Shown: positions 58,444-64,000 of the stretch, piece after piece
Layout of the letters: each line of letters begins with the position of its first letter
Position numbering within the stretch: position 1 is the stretch's first letter
Source of the DNA: Chloroflexota bacterium
GTDB lineage: Bacteria; Chloroflexota; Dehalococcoidia; JABGRK01
Assembly (NCBI GenBank): GCA_018648325.1
Contig: JABGRK010000009.1
Span: 141,969-205,968 of the forward strand
DNA: 64,000 bases
Reading direction: 5' to 3'
The notes under the pieces: generated by a model
Databases searched by the model: none
Told to the model about the DNA's origin: nothing
What the model saw: only the letters and a program-made list of their open reading frames with translations
Program-made: the position numbers and the translations under genes

Positions 58444-59496
58444 ATGATGGAGAGCTTTTTCGGCCCATGGGATCTGGGCAGGCTGTTTGGCGACACATTT
58501 AATATCTACTTCAAGAATTTCTTACGATTTATCGCCATCGCCGCTATGGCAACCATAATACTCACGGCACTTGCCCTCCCATTCTTCTATATGTTCGGTT
58601 TGCAGGAACTGATGGATGAAATCAATGTCTACAACACCAGTACTGTGACTGATATCGACCCGTTAATACAAGCTCTCAGGGATTTCTTTGCTAACTCCGC
58701 ACTAATTGCTTACGGACTATTTTTCATAGTCGCCTACCTTGTGGGTTACTCTCTAATAAAGGCTGCACTTGCTCACGGAACCGCTCAGCACTTTTTCAGA
58801 CCACAGATAGATCCCTGGACCGCATACGGCTCGGCATGGAAAAGGATATTCAGATACATACTGGTCAATCTATTAATCGGACTTGCCGTAGGGGCATTGG
58901 CGATAACGCTGGTAGGAATCCCAATCGCCATCTGGCTGGGCGTGCGCTGGGTTTTTGTGGGACATGCAGTACTTTTCGAAGATGCCCGTATCGGTGCAGC
59001 GTTTTCGCGCAGCTCGCAACTTATCAATAACAACTGGTGGCGAGCGCTGGGTTACGGACTACTGTTCGGGCTTATCACAAGTGTAATCAATTCTGCCATC
59101 TCTATGATACCCTTGGTCGGTTACCCCATCGGAATCATACTTACCACACCGATAACTATCATCGGCTTAACGCTGTTTTACTTCAGTCTGCGGGTAGAGA
59201 ATGAAGGCTACAGCACCCATAGAATGAAATCGGATCTGGACGCATGGGATGAAGGCAAAAAACCAGTCTATACCGCCAACCCCACTCAGCGAAACACGGG
59301 ATTATACGGCAATCGTTTTGATGAACAGGAATCTGCATTCTGCTCAAAATGCGGCGCTTCGCGTACGCCCGATTCAAACTTCTGCATCAGATGCGGCAAG
59401 CCTTTTGATGAAAACAATACGCCGCCCGATACGAGCGACAAACCGGAAAATAACAACGCTGATGATAATAACAACGAGGGACCGTTCATCAGGTAG
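58444..59496 (+). CDS. polytopic membrane protein with C-terminal zinc ribbon
   Basis: …WVFVGHAVLFED…; C-term CSKCGASRTPDSNFCIRCG; paralog of 61863..62852. Confidence 0.55.
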   Translation: MMESFFGPWDLGRLFGDTFNIYFKNFLRFIAIAAMATIILTALALPFFYMFGLQELMDEINVYNTSTVTDIDPLIQALRDFFANSALIAYGLFFIVAYLVGYSLIKAALAHGTAQHFFRPQIDPWTAYGSAWKRIFRYILVNLLIGLAVGALAITLVGIPIAIWLGVRWVFVGHAVLFEDARIGAAFSRSSQLINNNWWRALGYGLLFGLITSVINSAISMIPLVGYPIGIILTTPITIIGLTLFYFSLRVENEGYSTHRMKSDLDAWDEGKKPVYTANPTQRNTGLYGNRFDEQESAFCSKCGASRTPDSNFCIRCGKPFDENNTPPDTSDKPENNNADDNNNEGPFIR

Positions 59497-59536
59497 CAGG
59501 TTGTTTCTCAGACTGCTTCACTCTAACTATTAGTGC

Positions 59537-59971
59537 CTACATTTCGATCGAGTTTGAGTTAACGGCCTCTATGATGGCACTGCCAATCTCCTCCTCTATA
59601 CCACCCGCCGACACGGCATTCCCAATTCCGCACACGCCGCAGACAACCCCGGGTACGTTCATGGCAAAGGTAAAGGTCGGGAATTGATTGCAAGCGACAT
59701 CGAAAGTAAAATCCATCGGTACAGCTGCGGAGATATCGAGCGCCTCACCACAGCTACGACAGCTATACTTTTTTTTGAAAGCGCCCTTCTTTTTGGCAAA
59801 CACAGGCTGATTCTTATTGATTTCATCAAACGGGGCAACGCTGATATCCACATCCATCCTCTTTTTACTACCGTCCTCCGACGCCCAGACAGGAAGATTG
59901 GTAAATACCACGAAGGCCTTGCCTGCCTTGCCCTCAATCCTGTCCATTATTATGATCTGATCTTTACCCAT
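59537..59971 (-). CDS. hypothetical Cys-containing protein
   Basis: start taken at MGKDQIIIM; …CRSCG…CGVCG. Confidence 0.35.
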   Translation of the reverse strand: MGKDQIIIMDRIEGKAGKAFVVFTNLPVWASEDGSKKRMDVDISVAPFDEINKNQPVFAKKKGAFKKKYSCRSCGEALDISAAVPMDFTFDVACNQFPTFTFAMNVPGVVCGVCGIGNAVSAGGIEEEIGSAIIEAVNSNSIEM

Positions 59972-60257
59972 TTTGAATCTCCTGATTGCTTCTGCTAAAC
60001 TTTTCGTGCATAAGGATTTCTTCTTTTCTATCACCAAACTTCTTAAGCATTAAAATCGTTTCAATGGCTTCACCCACAAGCGTAAATAGAACCAGCCAAT
60101 GAATATTCCTGATAATCATGTTTGCCTGTGGAAGCTCAACTGCAAAGGTTACAATAACGATAACAATTGCAATTGCCAGAACAATGGCCTGAGTTATCAC
60201 ATATTGCTTTTTGGTAAAATTGATTAACCCGTAAGCCTTAACCTTAATCTCTTCCAT
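59964..60257 (-). CDS. small membrane protein
   Basis: 2 TM. Confidence 0.3.
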   Translation of the reverse strand: MEEIKVKAYGLINFTKKQYVITQAIVLAIAIVIVIVTFAVELPQANMIIRNIHWLVLFTLVGEAIETILMLKKFGDRKEEILMHEKFSRSNQEIQNG

Positions 60258-60354
60258 AAATAATCCCTTCTACCTAATAATTTTATCTTTTAGTCTTTGT
60301 TCTAATCCCAAAACCAGCCTATCAGGGCACGTCTTCTCCGCTTTCTATATTGCA

Positions 60355-60564
60355 TCACTCTCTGCCTGTGTACTTCTTAAAAACCTTGCTGCCAACACCT
60401 ATGCCAAGTCCAATACTGGCACCGGCAGCAGCCCAGCCCAGAGCCGAACTACCGAAAGCCCATATACAAAGCCAAGCAAGCGGTATGGCAATAGCAAACA
60501 CAAGAACCGCGCCAATCAGAAATCCTACAATATCGCTTCCATCCTTACTCCCCATAGTATCCAT
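60355..60564 (-). CDS. small membrane protein
   Basis: 2 TM. Confidence 0.3.
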   Translation of the reverse strand: MDTMGSKDGSDIVGFLIGAVLVFAIAIPLAWLCIWAFGSSALGWAAAGASIGLGIGVGSKVFKKYTGRE

Positions 60565-60593
60565 ACTCTCCTCTCGTTAAAAGAATTTACTAA

Positions 60594-61115
60594 CTACTGC
60601 ACCAACTCAAACGAATCAAGAAACTTTGCCACATTTGAAGAAGAGGCATCACCAGCTTCTGTCTCAATCAAAAGCTGATAGAGCCTGTTACCAACCACGT
60701 ACATTCTTTGAGTTATTATCGTATCATTGGATGTAGTTAAATTAATCTCTCTGCCCGGATATGAACTATAAGTTATTGACGTTTGAGAATTCATAGAGCC
60801 TTGCGCGCCTTCAACTGCTCCGCTACACGCATCATCAAGCATATCCTGCACATTGGATTGATCAATCATTGACTGGGGATAATCAGAATAGACCACAGCA
60901 TAAGCAGCGTCTGAATTTTCTACTGAGAAAGCATATATATCTATATTCCCTACCACAGTATCCAACGAATCCGTTTCCTCAACAGGTGTTCCAGGCATCT
61001 GTACCGAAAAACTCCCATCGGTCGAGGTATACTCCTCCCACGCGGCTGCCCCGCACCCTGTCATTGTCACGGCAATCGCCGTGGCCAGAATGAATACCAG
61101 AATCTTTCTTTTCAT
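60594..61115 (-). CDS. lipoprotein
   Basis: MKRKILVFILATAIAVTMTGC lipobox. Confidence 0.5.
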   Translation of the reverse strand: MKRKILVFILATAIAVTMTGCGAAAWEEYTSTDGSFSVQMPGTPVEETDSLDTVVGNIDIYAFSVENSDAAYAVVYSDYPQSMIDQSNVQDMLDDACSGAVEGAQGSMNSQTSITYSSYPGREINLTTSNDTIITQRMYVVGNRLYQLLIETEAGDASSSNVAKFLDSFELVQ

Positions 61116-61301
61116 AATATATCTCCTTCTATCCTCTATATTGTATAGTGCCTTTATTCACGTATTGTTCGGTCCATTAAAAACATACCAGCGTGGCATA
61201 CTCCATTTTCCTACACGCCTGCCAAGCCGGATTACGATGATGGGATGAATCATTAATGCTAATAAAACCGATACTGCTAGCATGTATTCCTGTCTTACGC
61301 C

Positions 61302-61721
61302 CTACTTTTGTGTGTAAATATCAAGGCCGGCAGTTCGCCGCAAAACTTTGGTTCTGAGTACAGACCAAAATGAAAGCATGGCTCCGATCGAGCAATAGAG
61401 GGCCATAGTCATAAGAATGTAGGCCTGCGGATATTTCAGTGCCCACGGCAAAACGTCCTCCCAGTTATCGGGTCTGAATGCCTCTGGATACCAGTTGTCA
61501 TAGAGAAAATCGGCAAGGCGCACGCCAAATGGATTAATAAACTGACGGGCAAAATCGCTGGAAATAGCCATTGTTATTGCGCCCAACACCGCACTAAAAA
61601 ACACCGAGACCACAAATATAACCAGCCAGCGTGGCAAATCCCATCTTTCTGTACGCCAGATAAGCCAGAGCACGATGATGGGATGACCCACAACAGCTAT
61701 TAGAAAGGATAATCCATACAT
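61302..61721 (-). CDS. small membrane protein, INPFG family (member 3)
   Basis: …FINPFGVRLADFLYDNWYP…. Confidence 0.45.
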   Translation of the reverse strand: MYGLSFLIAVVGHPIIVLWLIWRTERWDLPRWLVIFVVSVFFSAVLGAITMAISSDFARQFINPFGVRLADFLYDNWYPEAFRPDNWEDVLPWALKYPQAYILMTMALYCSIGAMLSFWSVLRTKVLRRTAGLDIYTQK

Positions 61722-61862
61722 ATCTTTTTCCCGTCCACCTAATGGTTAAATCATATCATCTACTGTCAAAATTGCTCTATATGCTATAATATACCATATT
61801 AAGTCTGATCAGTCACACGTAAATGCAATACTCAGCGGCCTGATTTTGAAGGTGGAAAGACA

Positions 61863-62852
61863 ATGAAATCGTGGTGGAAACTTACAGAGCGATTCCTGAT
61901 TACTTACAGCTTATATGTTTACGGCAGAAGGTTTATCAACATACTGGTTGTCGGAGTCATCGTCTCGCTCGCACTTACCGGCATTGCCGCAGCACTTATC
62001 TATGGAAAAGGCTGGAACGTGCATATACCCATCAACAATACCTGGACATATGCCGATCCAATCAAACGTCTGATCACGGAACCCAGTTTGATTATTGGCA
62101 ATTCCTACTTGGACTCCTACAACATTTACTATCATTACCCGGGATATTTCTTCTTCACCCACTACTGGTCTTACAGCAGATACCTGTCTTTTTATCCCGG
62201 TCTGGTATTCATCATTATATCTATACCGGCGGGTTCACTCATAAGCGCCGCCGTTATGCGCATCATTGGGCAACACATGGCAAAGCAAAGGGTAGGCATA
62301 GGTATTACAGGCCCGCCATCGCTAGGTAGGCTTTGCAGGTTCCTACTAGTAAATAGCATATACTGGTTCCTCCCGGTAGTTCTGATATCCACCGGGGTTG
62401 GAATTCCCGTCGCTATCTATATCGGTTTCAGGTGGATATTTGCAGGGCATGCCATTTTATTTGAAGGTGCCAGCATAAAAGACTCATTAAGAAGAAGTGC
62501 TGCACTTTTTAACAACGACTGGGTGCGATCAATAACGTATGTGTTTGTTTTAAGCGTAATTATTACTGCAATCTCAGCGGTTATGCCGCTAATCCCCTAC
62601 TGGGGCAGCACCGCCGGAAGACTACTGGCGGTCTCGATACCACCTATGTTCATCACCATATACTATATTGCACTCAGGATTGAGAAAGAAGCCTATACCT
62701 CAGAGCAAATCGCCATTGATCTCAACGGATGGGCCAAAGGTATAACCCCAGTTTATCCGGACAAAGTAGCAAGTGATGCGGAGAATGAACAGCGACAGGA
62801 ACACTGGGGCAACTTCTGGGAAAAGCGCAAGATTCCCCAAAAAACCCGGTGA
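61863..62852 (+). CDS. polytopic membrane protein, paralog of 58444..59496 (no zinc ribbon)
   Basis: …GIPVAIYIGFRWIFAGHAILFEGASIKDSLRRSAALFNNDW… vs …GIPIAIWLGVRWVFVGHAVLFEDARIGAAFSRSSQLINNNW…. Confidence 0.5.
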   Translation: MKSWWKLTERFLITYSLYVYGRRFINILVVGVIVSLALTGIAAALIYGKGWNVHIPINNTWTYADPIKRLITEPSLIIGNSYLDSYNIYYHYPGYFFFTHYWSYSRYLSFYPGLVFIIISIPAGSLISAAVMRIIGQHMAKQRVGIGITGPPSLGRLCRFLLVNSIYWFLPVVLISTGVGIPVAIYIGFRWIFAGHAILFEGASIKDSLRRSAALFNNDWVRSITYVFVLSVIITAISAVMPLIPYWGSTAGRLLAVSIPPMFITIYYIALRIEKEAYTSEQIAIDLNGWAKGITPVYPDKVASDAENEQRQEHWGNFWEKRKIPQKTR

Positions 62853-62943
62853 ATCACACCTCAACGATAATTAAAAAAAGGACCGGGATTGTTACTCCCG
62901 GCCTTTTTTGATTTATCAATTGTTTGCCTAGTTAAACAAGGCT

Positions 62944-63255
62944 TTATGCGCGCTTAGCGTACTGCTGCCCCGGCATGAGTAAGCTAAACCTATTACCGCT
63001 TTCCTTCTCCTCGGCCTTAACTTTTCCATAAAAATCACAGGTCATGCATGACTGCTTCTTCTGTGCAAATGAACCCTGGACCGAGGCGCCACAGAACGTG
63101 CCTGTTACCGCCCAACATATTCTGCCGCCGTTCCTCCCCTTGTTATAACCGTTGCTTGCCGCATCCGTGGCCGCAGGACAAATGCCCATCTCTGCGACAT
63201 TACTGCCACCCGACTGCCTACCACATTGCTTGAAATCCCAAAAATTCTGTTTCAT
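62944..63255 (-). CDS. Cys-rich hypothetical protein
   Basis: 8 Cys in 103 aa; no recognisable family. Confidence 0.35.
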   Translation of the reverse strand: MKQNFWDFKQCGRQSGGSNVAEMGICPAATDAASNGYNKGRNGGRICWAVTGTFCGASVQGSFAQKKQSCMTCDFYGKVKAEEKESGNRFSLLMPGQQYAKRA

Positions 63256-63478
63256 TTATATAGCTCTCCTTTCATCTATTAATACTCTGTTAACTTAAGA
63301 ATAGTAAATGCGCAACGATAGATATAGATTGAAGCCGCTAACATAAGTGCTACAATGTAGGTCAAGATGTTTGTCACATAATGTCTACTACGTTGTGGGA
63401 GAAGACAGGTACGCGCACGCAGAAACAATTGCCTATTGGAGTAGAATACCGAACTTCCGAGAAGGAGCCGCAGATTTA

Positions 63479-63733
63479 TTATTGTGCAAGCATTATTATT
63501 ATATAGAGGATATAGAGGATACCCAGAACCCATATGCTCAAACGTATTCGCTTCTTTATAGATGCCAGATAAGCCTGTACATCCGCAGGATTGTCTGGTG
63601 ATAGTTCTTTATAGTATGCGTTCCCTTTTTTCTCAAACTGCCTCTCAAACCAACCTCGCTTGAATCCAAGCGTGTATAAGGCAACAAAAAAAGCAATGGC
63701 TAAAATAAATAATACGTGAATCCCAACAGTCAA
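63479..63733 (-). CDS. small membrane protein
   Basis: 2 TM. Confidence 0.3.
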   Translation of the reverse strand: MTVGIHVLFILAIAFFVALYTLGFKRGWFERQFEKKGNAYYKELSPDNPADVQAYLASIKKRIRLSIWVLGILYILYIIIMLAQ

Positions 63734-63821
63734 CGTTTGCCTCCGGTTAAACCTGCTTTTAAGAGTTTACCAAAGTTAGCCGTATGATGCACGCCTACTC
63801 CGGTAGATTAACTCCCTACCT

Positions 63822-64000
63822 AATTTGGAGGAATAGCGCCCGTTACAAACAGTATGCCGGAGATCAGCCAAGCCACACCCAGCGCCGCACAAAACACCCT
63901 TGTGCGCATATGATTAAGAACCCTTGGTATCATCTTAAATCGAGGGTCGCTGATGCTAAAGTTCCACTTAACCGCCGCCAGTACAATCAAAACCACCCCG
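63822..64000 (-). CDS. membrane protein, C-terminal fragment (5' end beyond window)
   Basis: open frame to window end, stop TAG at ~63822. Confidence 0.3.

Noticed and set aside
62944-63255. Cys-rich 103-aa protein as a C_GCAxxG_C_C or DUF3795-family redox protein
   Set aside because: The cysteine spacing does not convincingly match either family motif from memory. Left as a hypothetical.

Overview
This 64-kb window is chromosomal DNA from an uncultivated-type bacterium. GC content is roughly 50%, promoters resemble sigma70 sites, and the gene content is rich in lipoproteins and zinc-ribbon proteins. I found no rRNA, tRNA or CRISPR array. Recognisable housekeeping genes are a partial ychF, a greA-like gene, proC, a class-III aminotransferase, an M20 amidohydrolase, a frameshifted adenosine deaminase, a zinc-dependent alcohol dehydrogenase, an ECF sigma/anti-sigma pair, and MFS and MATE transporters.

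The accessory content worth a second look is:
- A minus-strand operon encoding a roughly 2,050-aa surface protein. It has a degenerate transglutaminase-like core and about 15 Ig-like repeats, and it is split by a G8 homopolymer tract. It is followed by a polytopic membrane protein and a truncated MoxR AAA+ ATPase fused to a histidine-kinase catalytic domain.
- An arsenite methyltransferase (arsM) operon with an AbrB-type Cys-rich putative regulator and a 54-aa Cys-rich peptide.
- A roughly 1.7-kb AT-rich two-gene island (29.7-31.2 kb) whose products carry HEPN-like R-N-x3-H motifs. I rate this the strongest candidate for an undescribed toxin or defence-like module.
- An expanded family of N-terminal zinc-ribbon plus 4-TM proteins (34.8-40.1 kb), three of which have near-identical promoters.
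- Tandem PAC2-family paralogs next to a ThiI-like PP-loop enzyme.
- Several families of short dispersed structured repeats (R1-R3), one of which flanks a 4-OT tautomerase gene.

Four genes are split by frameshifts: the giant surface protein, adenosine deaminase, a TolB-like lipoprotein and an SBP5 protein. The three mapped breaks sit at homopolymer runs; the SBP5 junction was not mapped. They may therefore be assembly indels rather than real pseudogenes.

All coordinates derived by hand, rather than taken from the ORF track, may be off by a few nucleotides.
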